Notes: generated by a model not told the origin, from the letters alone. Positions 1-10,461 are shown, numbered from the stretch's first letter. The stretch is 64,000 nt of DNA from Candidatus Omnitrophota bacterium (GCA_015233115.1 JADFYJ010000001.1:3084-67083), one strand, 5' to 3'. Translations and numbers: made by a program.

Positions 1-366
1 ATTTCCTGCCAGAGTAAAAATAAGGTATAGTATAAAAAGATATTTCCATAAGCGTTTATGAACCGGCGGTTTTTGGTCGATAAAAAGCCGCAGGACGATT
101 AAATTTAAAAACATGAGAATGATTTGAATTAAGTTAATCCAATATAAGCTTAGAAAGCTATTATGATAAGCTCTCAAAAAATAAAAATAAAATTTAACGG
201 GAGAATCTTCCCAGACAAATAAGAAAAGTTTTCTAAACCAGAGAAAACCGACGATAATAAGGTATAAGTCTAAGAAAATACTTGTTTTTTTGTTCATGCG
301 GTCTATTATGACAAAAAAATAATGTTCGTCATTAAAAAATAAAAATAATTGCAGTGGGATTATAAA

Positions 367-498
367 ATCAAGTTTGGTCGTTTATGGTTGATAGTTTTTG
401 GTTTTTGGAAAAAGCAATTGATTCCGAATAATTAAAAATTAACAATCTTAACCAACAACCAACAACCAACAACCAACAACCAACAACTAAAATTTTAA
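367..498. repeat. GTTG/CAAC heptad element with perfect (aaccaac)x6 array
   Basis: ggttgatagtttttggtttttggaaaaagcaattgatt...aaccaacaaccaacaaccaacaaccaacaaccaacaac, ends ~15 nt before the ridA RBS. Confidence 0.75.
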
Positions 499-508
499 GG
501 AGTTTTAC

Positions 509-883
509 ATGGAATTTATTTCTTCTGATAAAGCGCCTAAGGCTGTCGGGCCTTATAGTCAGGCAATTTTGGTCGACGGATTTATGTTTTTATCCGGGCA
601 GATTCCACTTGATCCGGCTACAGGGCAGATTGCCGCAGGAGATATTGAAGTGCAAACTCATCAGGTCTTTAAAAATATTAGAGCTGTGTTAGCGGAAAAG
701 CAAATGACTCTTTATCATGTGTTGAAAACAACAGTTTTTATGAAAGATCTCGCGGATTATAAAAAAATGAACGCAGTTTATGATCAGCAATTTTCCGGGC
801 ACAAGCCGGCCCGTTCGACAGTGCAGGTCGCGGCCTTGCCGTTGGGTTCTTTAATTGAAATTGAATGTATCGCAAAAATTTAA
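509..883 (+). CDS. ridA: RidA/YjgF-family reactive enamine/imine deaminase
   Basis: 124 aa; conserved YjgF/RidA core (PKAVGPYSQA..., C-terminal IEIECIA); AGGAG RBS 7 nt upstream. Confidence 0.8.
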   Translation: MEFISSDKAPKAVGPYSQAILVDGFMFLSGQIPLDPATGQIAAGDIEVQTHQVFKNIRAVLAEKQMTLYHVLKTTVFMKDLADYKKMNAVYDQQFSGHKPARSTVQVAALPLGSLIEIECIAKI

Positions 884-964
884 CTTTAGGGGACATGATA
901 CTTAATTCTTGAAAATTTTTTGAATTAAGTTTCGTGTCCCCTTATAACGTGCTATATTAATTTC

Positions 965-1360
965 ATGACCGAAGAGTTTTTTAATAAAGTGGAACGGATT
1001 TGCGAGAAAGATTCCAGGTATAAACCGGAAGTGTATATTTTTGTCATGGAGTCTTTGGCCTATACCCAGAATAAATTTAAAATTCCTAAACATGTTACCA
1101 GCGAAGAGCTTTTACGGGGTATCAAAGATTTTTCAATAGAGTCATTCGGCCCTTTGGCGAAAACGGTTTTTAATCATTGGGGCGTGAAAGAAACTGCGGA
1201 TTTCGGTAATATTGTTTTTAATATGGTGAATAATAATGTTTTATCCAAAACAGAGCAGGATGACATTGATCAGTTTAAAAATCGTTTTGATTTTGAAAAA
1301 GTGTTTGGCCGAGATTATAGAGAAAGTTTAAATCAAAGAGTGAGCAAGTTAAGATTGTAA
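965..1360 (+). CDS. hypothetical protein (131 aa)
   Basis: intact ORF in a coding-dense context; no family recognised with certainty. Confidence 0.45.
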   Translation: MTEEFFNKVERICEKDSRYKPEVYIFVMESLAYTQNKFKIPKHVTSEELLRGIKDFSIESFGPLAKTVFNHWGVKETADFGNIVFNMVNNNVLSKTEQDDIDQFKNRFDFEKVFGRDYRESLNQRVSKLRL

Positions 1361-1365
1361 CGATG

Positions 1366-1478
1366 TTCGTAGGGGCGATCACCTGATCGCCCGTAACAAA
1401 ATTATCTTTTTTATTAAAAATGACGATTAGAAAAACAATTTGTTTGTGAGCGGGTGATCGGGAGATCGCCCCTACGAC
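1366..1478. repeat. palindromic TIR element, family 'taggggcgatcNcctgatcgcccgt' (copy A)
   Basis: arms gtaggggcgatcacctgatcgcccgtaac ... gggtgatcgggagatcgcccctacgac around an AT-rich core; related copies at 23667, 45551 and 63883. Confidence 0.7.
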
Positions 1479-1528
1479 ATGCTACATGCCATGTACTACA
1501 TGCGTGAATAATCGAAAGGAGTGATTCA

Positions 1529-2089
1529 ATGGCCGGTATTATTTTAGCTATTCTAGTCGGAATGTTTGTATTAGCTCTTGTCACTGTCGTATCGATTTAT
1601 AATTCTTTAATTCAAATCCGGGTTAGCGTGAAGAATGCCTGGTCGCAGATCGACGTGCAGTTAAAGCGCCGGCATGATTTGATTCCAAATTTGGTAAACG
1701 TGGCAAAGGGTTATATGGCGCATGAACGCCAGACACTTGAGGCAGTTATTAAAGCGAGACAACAAGCGATCGATGCCAGCACACTAAAAGATAAACAACA
1801 GGCTGAGAATTTTTTGAGCAGTACTTTACGTTCATTATTTGCGGTTTCTGAAAATTATCCGAATCTTAAAGCTGACCAGCAAATGAAGCAATTACAGGAA
1901 GAGCTCGTCTCAACAGAAAATAAAATTGCTTTTGCCAGACAATTTTATAATGATGAAGCTGGCCGGTATAACACGGCTATTCAAACAGTCCCCAATAATA
2001 TCATTGCTTCAACATTTCATTTTGAGGCCCAGGAATTTTTCCAAATTCAAGACGCAGCAGAAAAGCAGGCACCTGAAGTTAAATTTTAA
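1529..2089 (+). CDS. lemA: LemA family membrane protein
   Basis: N-terminal TM then LemA core (YNSLI..R..V..AWSQIDVQLKRRHDLIPNLV, NYPNLKADQQ); paired with a downstream M48 peptidase, as LemA genes usually are. Confidence 0.85.
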   Translation: MAGIILAILVGMFVLALVTVVSIYNSLIQIRVSVKNAWSQIDVQLKRRHDLIPNLVNVAKGYMAHERQTLEAVIKARQQAIDASTLKDKQQAENFLSSTLRSLFAVSENYPNLKADQQMKQLQEELVSTENKIAFARQFYNDEAGRYNTAIQTVPNNIIASTFHFEAQEFFQIQDAAEKQAPEVKF

Positions 2090-2092
2090 TCC

Positions 2093-3769
2093 ATGCCTTA
2101 TTCCTTTGTCGAAATAGAGAGACAAAAAACTCATACTATAAAATGGGTGTTGTTCTTTTTATTGCTGATTTATGTTTGCTCCTTCCTGATTATTTATCTC
2201 ATATGTAAAAATTGGTTTATGTATAAAACGGCTTCGTCTTCGTCGGAATATTATCATTGGCAATGGTTTTCCTTTAAAGAAATGCTGTGGGCATTTATGG
2301 CTGCGGCGTTGGTTGTGCTTTGGCAATGGTTGGTGGCAACTTCTGAATTAATGAATCGCTTTATTGGCATTTTGAACGCAGAACCGGCTAATAAAAATGA
2401 TGCTTACCATCATGTTTTTATGAATATCGTCGAAGAGGTGTCAGTTGCGACTGGGGGAAAAAAGATGGAGCCTTTTGTCGTGCCGACTATGGCGATGAAT
2501 GCTTTTGCTATATCTGATTTCCGGGGCCGCTCTATTATTGGAGTCACAGAAGGTTTGTTAGCGCGTCTGAATCGTCAGCAGATAGAGGCAGTGGTTGGGC
2601 ATGAAGCTGCTCATATTGCTTCTGGTGATTCAGCTCAAACAACGGTTATCAGTTCCTTATTCGAAGGATATAACGCGGCGATTGCTGGTGTGGAAGGAAT
2701 GTTTGGACGAACCAGGAGTTCAAGCTCGCGGAATTCTTTTATGGGATTGGTGATTATTATTTATATCGTCTTGATCATATCGCGATTTATGGCAACCTTG
2801 CTGAAAATGTTTATCGCGCGGGAGCGGGAATACCGCGCTGATGCGATTGCCGTTCGTCTTACTCGGGATCCTTTAAGCCTGGCTGAAGCACTTTACGCGA
2901 TTACGTATCATTGGAAATTACAAGGCATGCCGAGCGCGGAATTAGATTCTATTTTTACGGTCAGTCCTAATCTGACCCCTGATAAAGAGGGAAATAGTTT
3001 AACCGATGAATTGTTCCAGACGCATCCGCCGGTTTTGGATCGCATAAAAATTCTTTTGGACATGGCGCATACAGATCTTAAGAATTTGGTCGAGGACGTG
3101 GACGCTAAAATAGATCATGCGCGGATTGAGGCTCCCGAATTAACTAACCATACGGCACCGACTGGAACCTGGATGGTCAATCATGACAATCAGTGGGAAG
3201 GGCCGTATGGGTTGCAACAAATATCAGGATTGGTTTGGTTCAGACCAGATATGTGGGTAAAGCGCATGGGTGAGGAAACCGTCAAATTCGCGTATGATGA
3301 TCAGGATTTAATTACTATGTTTAAACAACAACATGCAACAGCAGAAGGGGCGATGTGCTGCCCCAAATGTCATGTGGGTCTTGGTGATTTAGAATATGAA
3401 GGCGTTTTAGTCCGTCGTTGTCTGGCCTGCGGCGGCACATTAGTCGGGGAAACGGATGTCCAGAGAATCATTATCCGTCCGGAAGTCGGATTCAGTGACC
3501 GTATTAAAAAAATCGGGGATCAGATTGATAAAAATTATGAAGTTTGGGCCGGACAAAAAATTGACCGCAGTCCAGCGAATTTATTTACGTGCCCCAAATG
3601 CGCCAATGACCGTTGTAAAATGAACCGCATGTTTTATACGGCCGCGTATCAAGTCGAAATAGATAAATGTTTTTATTGTGGTTTGGTGTGGTTTGATAAA
3701 GATGAGTTAGAAATTCTGCAATATATTGTTGAAAAAAGATCGTTGAGCAGCTATGACAACAAATACTGA
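2093..3769 (+). CDS. M48-family (HtpX-like) zinc metallopeptidase with two C-terminal zinc-ribbon modules
   Basis: HEAAH zinc-binding motif plus TM segments; C-terminus has CPKCx13CLACGG and CPKCx11CFYCG ribbon pairs. Confidence 0.75.
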   Translation: MPYSFVEIERQKTHTIKWVLFFLLLIYVCSFLIIYLICKNWFMYKTASSSSEYYHWQWFSFKEMLWAFMAAALVVLWQWLVATSELMNRFIGILNAEPANKNDAYHHVFMNIVEEVSVATGGKKMEPFVVPTMAMNAFAISDFRGRSIIGVTEGLLARLNRQQIEAVVGHEAAHIASGDSAQTTVISSLFEGYNAAIAGVEGMFGRTRSSSSRNSFMGLVIIIYIVLIISRFMATLLKMFIAREREYRADAIAVRLTRDPLSLAEALYAITYHWKLQGMPSAELDSIFTVSPNLTPDKEGNSLTDELFQTHPPVLDRIKILLDMAHTDLKNLVEDVDAKIDHARIEAPELTNHTAPTGTWMVNHDNQWEGPYGLQQISGLVWFRPDMWVKRMGEETVKFAYDDQDLITMFKQQHATAEGAMCCPKCHVGLGDLEYEGVLVRRCLACGGTLVGETDVQRIIIRPEVGFSDRIKKIGDQIDKNYEVWAGQKIDRSPANLFTCPKCANDRCKMNRMFYTAAYQVEIDKCFYCGLVWFDKDELEILQYIVEKRSLSSYDNKY

Positions 3770-5846
3770 TCTATCTCAAATATCGGTCCAGTTTATCAAA
3801 GGTGTGGGGCCAGCCAAAAAGAAATTGTTTTCTAATTTAGGCATTGAATCTGTCGAGGATTTGTTGTATTTTTTTCCCCGCCGTTATGAAGACCGCAGAA
3901 ATTTATGCCCGATCGCGCAGGTTTTAATTGGCGAATTTCAATCCATATGCGGAACAGTCGAATCGTGTGTTGAGCGTAGATCGTTTTACAATCGCAAATC
4001 TGTGACTGAAGTGGTCTTAGATGATAAAAGCGGAAAAATCTGGTGCGTTTGGTTTAACCAGCCGTATTTAAAATCCTATTTTAAAAAAGGCACAAAAGTT
4101 ATTTGCTATGGTCGCGCAGATACTTATAAAAATCGTATTCAAATGGTTTCCCCCGAATATGAAGTGATTGACCTTGAAGAAGCAGAGGGACAAGCTTTTA
4201 AATCTATTGTCCCGGTTTATTCTCTGACCAGGGGCATGGGCCAACGGTACATCCGTAAAACAATAAAGCAAGGCATTGATAAATTTAAAGATCAGCTTCT
4301 AGATGAACTACCTGTTTCTCTGCGCAATAAATATCATTTAGCCAATATTAAGCATTGCATTGAAGCCATACACTTTCCCCAAACGTTCGAAGAGCAAGAA
4401 ACAGCTTTACGCCGGGTTTCATTCGAAGAATTTTATTTCTTTCAAATATCAGTTATTTTGCGGCGCTTAAGCATTAAACGTAAAAAAGGCATCACCCAAC
4501 AAAGCACAGATTCGGCGGCGTTGGAATTTATCAATGGATTTCCCTTTGCTCTGACAAATGCTCAAAAAAAATCGATTAGGGATATACGCGCGGATATGGC
4601 AGGGACATCGCCTATGCTACGAATGATTCAAGGTGATGTGGGTTCTGGAAAAACTTTGGTAGCGTTATTCGGATGTTATACCGCGTATAAGAACGGCTAT
4701 CAATCCTGCATCATGGCTCCGACAGAAATTTTAGCCCGCCAGCATTATGAGAGCATATTAAAGTTCGCGGAAAAAGGGCCTTTAAAAGGTATAAGGGTTG
4801 CTTTGCTGGTCAGCGGGCTCAAGAAAAAAGAGCGGGATGATATTTATGCTGCGATTGCTGAAGGAAAAGTTGATCTGATTGTCGGTACGCATGCTTTAAT
4901 TTGCGAAGAGCTAAATTTTAAAAATCTCAGTTTAGTGGTTATTGATGAACAGCATAAATTCGGAGTCCGTCAACGCGCTTTGTTAAGCGAAAAAGGAAAA
5001 AATCCTCATGTTCTCATTATGACTGCTACTCCTATACCCAGAACATTGTGCATCACGCTTTACGGTGACTTGGACTTGTCCGTGATTGATGAAATGCCTC
5101 CGGGCAGGGGTAAAATTCACACTGTCCATAAATCGCATGAAGAAGAGAAAGCTGTATATGAAAAAGTAAAAACACTTTTGGCGAAAGGCACGCAGGCGTA
5201 TTTTGTCTATCCCATTATCGACGAGTCGGAAACTTTGGATCTAAAAGCCGCAGAAGATATGTATCAGGATTTTAAGACCAATGTTTTTAAAGACTGGCCC
5301 GTCGGTTTGATCCACGGAAAAATGAAGCAGGCAGATGTGGAACAGGTCATGCTGGATTTCAAAGCCGGAAAAATTAAAGTGTTAGTCGCGACGACAGTAC
5401 TGGAAGTCGGAATTGATGTGCCGAACGCGAATGTCATGGTCATCGAACATGCTGAACGCTTTGGATTAGCCCAGCTTCACCAGTTAAGAGGACGTATCGG
5501 CCGCAGTACCCAGGACGCGTTATGTGTTTTAGTTTCAGATCCCACAACACCTGAAGGTCAAAAACGTCTGCATGCGATTCTCTCCACTACCAATGGTTTT
5601 AAAATCGCGGAAGAAGATTTGCAGATCCGCGGCCCCGGACATTTTTTTGGACGCCATCAGCACGGTCTTAATGAATTAAAAGTAGCCAATCCTTTAAGCC
5701 AAATGGAAGTATTAGAATTAGCTCGCAAAGAAGCCTTCGCATTAACTTCACAAGATCCTGCCTTGCAGAACAAAGAACACCAGCGCATCAAAGCCATCAT
5801 CAAAAAACGCTATCCGCATTATCTAGCCATGGTCGCGGCAGGGTAA
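3753..5846 (+). CDS. recG: ATP-dependent DNA helicase RecG
   Basis: 697 aa; wedge domain, Walker A GDVGSGKT, DEQH box, helicase C motifs (QLHQLRGRIGR). Confidence 0.95.
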   Translation: MTTNTDLSQISVQFIKGVGPAKKKLFSNLGIESVEDLLYFFPRRYEDRRNLCPIAQVLIGEFQSICGTVESCVERRSFYNRKSVTEVVLDDKSGKIWCVWFNQPYLKSYFKKGTKVICYGRADTYKNRIQMVSPEYEVIDLEEAEGQAFKSIVPVYSLTRGMGQRYIRKTIKQGIDKFKDQLLDELPVSLRNKYHLANIKHCIEAIHFPQTFEEQETALRRVSFEEFYFFQISVILRRLSIKRKKGITQQSTDSAALEFINGFPFALTNAQKKSIRDIRADMAGTSPMLRMIQGDVGSGKTLVALFGCYTAYKNGYQSCIMAPTEILARQHYESILKFAEKGPLKGIRVALLVSGLKKKERDDIYAAIAEGKVDLIVGTHALICEELNFKNLSLVVIDEQHKFGVRQRALLSEKGKNPHVLIMTATPIPRTLCITLYGDLDLSVIDEMPPGRGKIHTVHKSHEEEKAVYEKVKTLLAKGTQAYFVYPIIDESETLDLKAAEDMYQDFKTNVFKDWPVGLIHGKMKQADVEQVMLDFKAGKIKVLVATTVLEVGIDVPNANVMVIEHAERFGLAQLHQLRGRIGRSTQDALCVLVSDPTTPEGQKRLHAILSTTNGFKIAEEDLQIRGPGHFFGRHQHGLNELKVANPLSQMEVLELARKEAFALTSQDPALQNKEHQRIKAIIKKRYPHYLAMVAAG

Positions 5847-5909
5847 TTTAAATTTTCTTGTAATACTTGTATAACAATGTTATACTTTTGTTGTAAAAGG
5901 AGAGAGAAT

Positions 5910-6128
5910 ATGACTTTATTAAAAGCATTTCGTTTGCCGTCTGGATTGGTTGATAGATTATCCTCATTAGCCAAAGCTACGCATCGCAGTGAAACTTTTT
6001 ATGTTACTGATGCTTTAGCGCATTATCTGGAAGACTATGCCGATGCCCAAATTGCCAAAGACCGCTTTAATGACCCAAAATCCAAGATTATTTCTGGCGC
6101 ACAATTAAGGAAACAGCTTGGTGTATAA
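5910..6128 (+). CDS. ribbon-helix-helix antitoxin (RelB/ParD-like)
   Basis: 72 aa from an internal ATG with AAAGGAGAG RBS; sits immediately upstream of and overlaps a RelE/ParE-like ORF. Confidence 0.6.
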   Translation: MTLLKAFRLPSGLVDRLSSLAKATHRSETFYVTDALAHYLEDYADAQIAKDRFNDPKSKIISGAQLRKQLGV

Positions 6129-6378
6129 AGTTGATTATCTTAATTCAGTTGATGAAGATCTTCAGAAACTCGATAAATCAACAGTTAAAAAAATCCTTAA
6201 ACGTATCGAGACTTATCTTGCTCAAGACCCAAAAGAATTAGGTAAGCCTTTAAAAGGGGAATTTCAAGGTTATTGGCGATACCGATGGGGCGATTATCGG
6301 GTGATTTATAAAATATCAGAAGAAGAAATTTTGATTATTGTTTTACGTATTAGTAACAGAAAAGATGTCTATATTTAG
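6118..6378 (+). CDS. type II toxin, RelE/ParE family
   Basis: 86 aa; conserved ...YRVIY...L.I..I..R... C-terminal signature of RelE/ParE; TTG/GTG start overlaps the antitoxin stop. Confidence 0.7.
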   Translation: MVYKVDYLNSVDEDLQKLDKSTVKKILKRIETYLAQDPKELGKPLKGEFQGYWRYRWGDYRVIYKISEEEILIIVLRISNRKDVYI

Positions 6379-6387
6379 AAAGATACT

Positions 6388-6981
6388 ATGAAAATTAGCG
6401 GTGGACAATATAGGGGTAGGAATATTTATATGCCAGGGCATATCCGGCCAACGCAGCTGGTAACCCGTAAGGCTGTGTTTGATATTATTGGGCATGATTT
6501 AACGGGTTTGACTTTTTTAGAGCTTTTTGCCGGAAGCGGGGCTATGGGGTTGGATGCTTTGTCGCGTGGAGCGGAAAGGGTGATTTTTGTGGAAAAAGAT
6601 CCTAAATGCCTGGAGGTGATCAGGGAAAATTTGGGCATGCTGCCGCTGGAATTTGATTCAAAAGCCGGTTGGCCATATGAAATTCATGAAGGGGACGCTT
6701 TATTTACTTCCAAAGAGTTTTCCCGCCAAAATCGTAAATTTGATATTGTTTTTGTGGATCCGCCATATGGGATGGCTTTGGGAAAAAAGAGCTTGAAAAC
6801 CCTGGAAGCGTATGATATATTACACCCCACTTCGGAGCTGATTATACAACACGAAGAAGGCGAGATTCTACCTGAAAGTTTAGGTAGATTTTGTCTTTAT
6901 AAGCACCGATTATACGGGAAATCAGCGATTGATATATATCATGTGAGCGAGAATCAAATAAGTGACCAAGTGACAGAGTAA
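6388..6981 (+). CDS. rsmD: 16S rRNA (guanine966-N2)-methyltransferase RsmD
   Basis: SAM motif LELFAGSGAMGLDALSRGA and DPPY catalytic motif; conserved position upstream of coaD. Confidence 0.8.
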   Translation: MKISGGQYRGRNIYMPGHIRPTQLVTRKAVFDIIGHDLTGLTFLELFAGSGAMGLDALSRGAERVIFVEKDPKCLEVIRENLGMLPLEFDSKAGWPYEIHEGDALFTSKEFSRQNRKFDIVFVDPPYGMALGKKSLKTLEAYDILHPTSELIIQHEEGEILPESLGRFCLYKHRLYGKSAIDIYHVSENQISDQVTE

Positions 6982-7200
6982 CCGAGTAACAGAGAAAAAG
7001 CGATTGCTTAAAAGCGATAGATTGGCCAAGTTCTGTTATAGAAGTTAATAAGAAAAGTCTGTTAAAAATATTATAAGATTTGTTATTTCATGTTTAGGCG
7101 TATTTTATTAATTTTTATCTTTTGAAGAATTTTTGATTTTTTAACGTTTTATTGTTTTTTACTTTGTTACTCTGTTACTAGGTTACTCGGTTACTATTAA
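6962..7200. repeat. GTNAC octamer-array cassette, inverted arrays bracketing an AT-rich spacer
   Basis: left array gtgaccaagtgacagagtaaccgagtaacagag followed by gaaaaagcgattg; right array ttactttgttactctgttactaggttactcggttact ends 15 nt before the coaD ATG; 8-bp period. Confidence 0.75.
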
Positions 7201-7214
7201 GATAGGATAACCAG

Positions 7215-7700
7215 ATGTCTAAACGAGCACTGTATCCCGGGACTTTTGATCCGATTACCTTAGGGCATTTGGACGTGATCAAACGCGCGGCTATGGTTTT
7301 TGATGAGGTTGTGGTCGGAGTAGCTAGCAATCAGCGCAAGAATACGTTATTTTCGAAGGAAGAACGCGTGGCCATGATCCGGGAAGTGGTTAAAGATATT
7401 CCCCGGGTTAAGGTTGTTGACTTTGACGGTTTGGTTATTAATTTCGCGAAAAAGAATGATTTGCATGTGTTGATACGTGGTTTGCGGGCGGTATCGGATT
7501 TTGAATATGAATTACAAATGGCTTTAACCAACCGCAGATTGGCGGAAGATATTGAAACGGTTTTTTTGATGCCATCGCAGAATTATTTATTTTTATCATC
7601 GACGACGGTGAAAGAAGCTGCGTACTTAGGCGCGGATGTTTCGTCTTTTGTCCCTGAAGTCGCGGAACGTTTTTTAAAAGAAAAATTTAAGAAGAGCTAA
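7215..7700 (+). CDS. coaD: phosphopantetheine adenylyltransferase
   Basis: N-terminal YPGTFDPITLGHLD (T/HxGH nucleotidyltransferase motif); 161 aa. Confidence 0.9.
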   Translation: MSKRALYPGTFDPITLGHLDVIKRAAMVFDEVVVGVASNQRKNTLFSKEERVAMIREVVKDIPRVKVVDFDGLVINFAKKNDLHVLIRGLRAVSDFEYELQMALTNRRLAEDIETVFLMPSQNYLFLSSTTVKEAAYLGADVSSFVPEVAERFLKEKFKKS

Positions 7701-7704
7701 GCTG

Positions 7705-8115
7705 ATGAAAGTTATTGTACGCGATCTGGGTACGGAAGAAAATGTAATGACCGGTGAAATAAAACCGGAAATCGTCGGAAATGAAGACGCGATCAGGTTT
7801 ACGAAGCCAATCAAGGTAGCGGCTAAAGTTCAGCGGGTCGATAATACTTTGGTCGTTAAAGTGAAGGTGGATTCAGGTTTTGCGTCAATTTGCAGCCGCT
7901 GTGCCGAGGACGTGGTGAGTGATTTACAAAGTGAATTCTGGCTGGATTTTGATATACCAGCAGGAGTTGAAACTATAGAATTAGATGATGATATCAGGCA
8001 GGAAATTTTAGTGGGTTTGCCGGTCAAAATTTTATGTATGGAAAATTGTCAGGGGTTATGTCCCCGGTGTGGAAAAAATTTAAATCAAGTTCAATGTCAG
8101 TGTAAAAAGGATTAA
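7705..8115 (+). CDS. yceD: YceD/DUF177 family protein (23S rRNA accumulation protein)
   Basis: CxxC...CxxC C-terminal motif; conserved position directly upstream of rpmF-plsX. Confidence 0.75.
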   Translation: MKVIVRDLGTEENVMTGEIKPEIVGNEDAIRFTKPIKVAAKVQRVDNTLVVKVKVDSGFASICSRCAEDVVSDLQSEFWLDFDIPAGVETIELDDDIRQEILVGLPVKILCMENCQGLCPRCGKNLNQVQCQCKKD

Positions 8116-8122
8116 TTAAGCT

Positions 8123-8329
8123 ATGCCAAATCCAAAACGTCAACATTCCGTTCAACGACAACGTAAAAGACGCACTCATTTTAAAATTTCTGCTCCTAAT
8201 TTGAGCGTGTGTGCAAATTGTCAAAAACCGGTTATTTCTCACCGTATTTGTCCGTTTTGCGGCCATTATAAAGGTCAGATGATCGTTGATATGACTCCGG
8301 AAGTTAAAGAAGTAGAACCTAAAAAATAA
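8123..8329 (+). CDS. rpmF: 50S ribosomal protein L32
   Basis: MPNPKRQHS..R..KRR.H start and CANC...CPFCGHYKG zinc ribbon. Confidence 0.9.
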   Translation: MPNPKRQHSVQRQRKRRTHFKISAPNLSVCANCQKPVISHRICPFCGHYKGQMIVDMTPEVKEVEPKK

Positions 8330-8396
8330 TTAATTTTTTTGATAAATAGGGCGCTGTCCCCTATTTTCGGTTACTTTTACACAATGGGGAAATAAA

Positions 8397-9386
8397 ATGA
8401 AAATAGTCGTTGATGCCATGGGGGGGGATTACGCGCCGAAAAATGTTATTGCCGGCGTTGTAGAGGCGATCAAGGAATTTGATGTTCAAATTGTTTTGAC
8501 TGGCGTTAAAGAGCAAATCGAAAATGAGCTGAAGCTGTATCATTATCCTGCCGGCCGCATTGAAATTGTGCATACGGATGAAGTCGTAGGCATGGATGAA
8601 CCAGCTACAGTAACGATCCGGAAAAAACGTAATTCTTCTATATCCGTCGGTCTGCGCCTTTTAAAAGAACAAGGGTACGATGCCTTTATCAGTGCCGGGA
8701 ATACCGGTGCTGTGGTCGCAGCCGCGACTTTTAATTTAGGCATGCTTCCCGGCGTCAGCCGCCCGGCGATTGGTTTAGTTATTCCGACGCTTAAAGGCGT
8801 TGCTTTTATTATTGATGTGGGCGCGAATGCTGATCCTAAACCCGAACATTTATGTCAATCTGGAAAAATGTCTAAAGCCTATATGAATGCGGTTTTAGGT
8901 GTTCAGAATCCTACTGTCGGACTAGTCAACATCGGCGAAGAAGAGGGCAAGGGGACGGAATTTCAAAAAGAATCTTACCGCTTAATGTCTGAATCGATCA
9001 GTACGTTTATCGGAAATATTGAACCGAATGAAATTTATAAAGGAAAAAGTGATTGCATTATCTGCGGCGGTTTTGTGGGGAATGTTATATTAAAAGTGTC
9101 TGAAGGTTTGATGGAAGCCAGCAGTATACTCATCAAACGTGAGATCAAGAAAAGTCCGGTGGCTTTGCTGGGAGCGTTCTTGATGAAGAAAAAATTAACG
9201 CATATTAAAAAACTAGCCGACTACTCCGAATACGGAGGTGCTCCGCTTCTTGGTGTCAATGGAATTGTTATGATCAGTCACGGGCGTTCCAGTCCTAAAG
9301 CGATTAAAAACGCGATCCGGGCTTCGATTCGTGAGATCGAACATAAAATTCTCGACGTGATGGCCAAGGAAGTTTCCGCGAGTTAA
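8397..9386 (+). CDS. plsX: phosphate acyltransferase PlsX
   Basis: MKIVVDAMGGDYAPK... canonical PlsX N-terminus; 329 aa; position before fabH. Confidence 0.95.
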   Translation: MKIVVDAMGGDYAPKNVIAGVVEAIKEFDVQIVLTGVKEQIENELKLYHYPAGRIEIVHTDEVVGMDEPATVTIRKKRNSSISVGLRLLKEQGYDAFISAGNTGAVVAAATFNLGMLPGVSRPAIGLVIPTLKGVAFIIDVGANADPKPEHLCQSGKMSKAYMNAVLGVQNPTVGLVNIGEEEGKGTEFQKESYRLMSESISTFIGNIEPNEIYKGKSDCIICGGFVGNVILKVSEGLMEASSILIKREIKKSPVALLGAFLMKKKLTHIKKLADYSEYGGAPLLGVNGIVMISHGRSSPKAIKNAIRASIREIEHKILDVMAKEVSAS

Positions 9387-9389
9387 TCC

Positions 9390-10370
9390 ATGAAAAGTGT
9401 TGAAATTTTATCATTGGGGCATTATGTCCCTGAACGCATATTAACTAACCAAGATCTGGAAAAAATGGTGGATACCACTGATGAGTGGATTACTACCCGC
9501 ACCGGCATCAAAGAACGTCGTATTGCCGCTGATGATGAAAAGACCAGTGACATGGCCATTAAAGCGGCAGAAGAAGCATTAGCCCGCGCAAAATTTGATC
9601 CGCAAAATATTGATTTAATTGTGGTGGCTACGACGACTGCCGACAGTTCGTTTCCGGCCATGGCGTGTTTAGTGCAAAAATCTTTGAATGCAAAAAAGGC
9701 GGCCGCTTTTGACGTGGGAGCCGCGTGTTCTGGTTTTCTTTATGCGTTGACCACCGCCAAACAATTTTTATTATCCGGCATGTATCAAAATGCGTTAGTG
9801 ATCGCTGCGGATAAAATGAGCAAGGTCATGGATTGGAACGACCGCACGACGTGTGTGTTATTTGGCGACGGAGCGGCCGCGTGTTTGATTCAGACCAGTG
9901 ATAAACCCAATGAGGGTATTTTGTCAGACTATATTTTTGGACTTGGAGAATATAGTAATTATATGCAAATCATAGCGGAAGAAATAAAGCCCTTAGAACA
10001 AAAGAATATGCTGGTCCGCAGTCCTTATGTGGTCATGCAGGGGCCGGAATTATTTAAAGTCGCGGTGAATTCCATGGCTGAGGGCGTTGAGATCGCGGCG
10101 AAAAAAGCCGGGATATCCCTCGCGGATATTTCTCTGGTAATTCCGCATCAGGCGAATGACCGGATCATTTCCGCAGTGGCTAAAAAATTAGGAACGCCGC
10201 GCGAAAAAGTTTATGTCAATATAGAAAAATACGGAAACATGTCTGCCGCGTCCGTCGCCATAGCGCTCTACGAGGCCGTCGAAAGCGGAGCGGTAAAAAA
10301 AGGCGATTACATCGCTTTGGTAGTTTTCGGCGCCGGCCTAGTCAGCGCGGCGAACATCATTAAATGGTAA
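9390..10370 (+). CDS. fabH: 3-oxoacyl-ACP synthase III
   Basis: 326 aa; active-site Cys region (AACSGF), His (PHQAN) and Asn (GNMSAAS) motifs. Confidence 0.95.
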   Translation: MKSVEILSLGHYVPERILTNQDLEKMVDTTDEWITTRTGIKERRIAADDEKTSDMAIKAAEEALARAKFDPQNIDLIVVATTTADSSFPAMACLVQKSLNAKKAAAFDVGAACSGFLYALTTAKQFLLSGMYQNALVIAADKMSKVMDWNDRTTCVLFGDGAAACLIQTSDKPNEGILSDYIFGLGEYSNYMQIIAEEIKPLEQKNMLVRSPYVVMQGPELFKVAVNSMAEGVEIAAKKAGISLADISLVIPHQANDRIISAVAKKLGTPREKVYVNIEKYGNMSAASVAIALYEAVESGAVKKGDYIALVVFGAGLVSAANIIKW

Positions 10371-10404
10371 ACCGTAGGGCGCCCCTTGGTCGACCTGAAT
10401 AAAT

Positions 10405-10452
10405 AATAATTAACAACCAAAAACCACTAACCAAAAACCATCAACCAACAAT
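10405..10452. repeat. CAAC-heptad array (aaccaNNaacca...)
   Basis: acaaccaaaaaccactaaccaaaaaccatcaaccaaca directly upstream of fabD. Confidence 0.6.
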
Positions 10453-10461
10453 AATTCTTTT

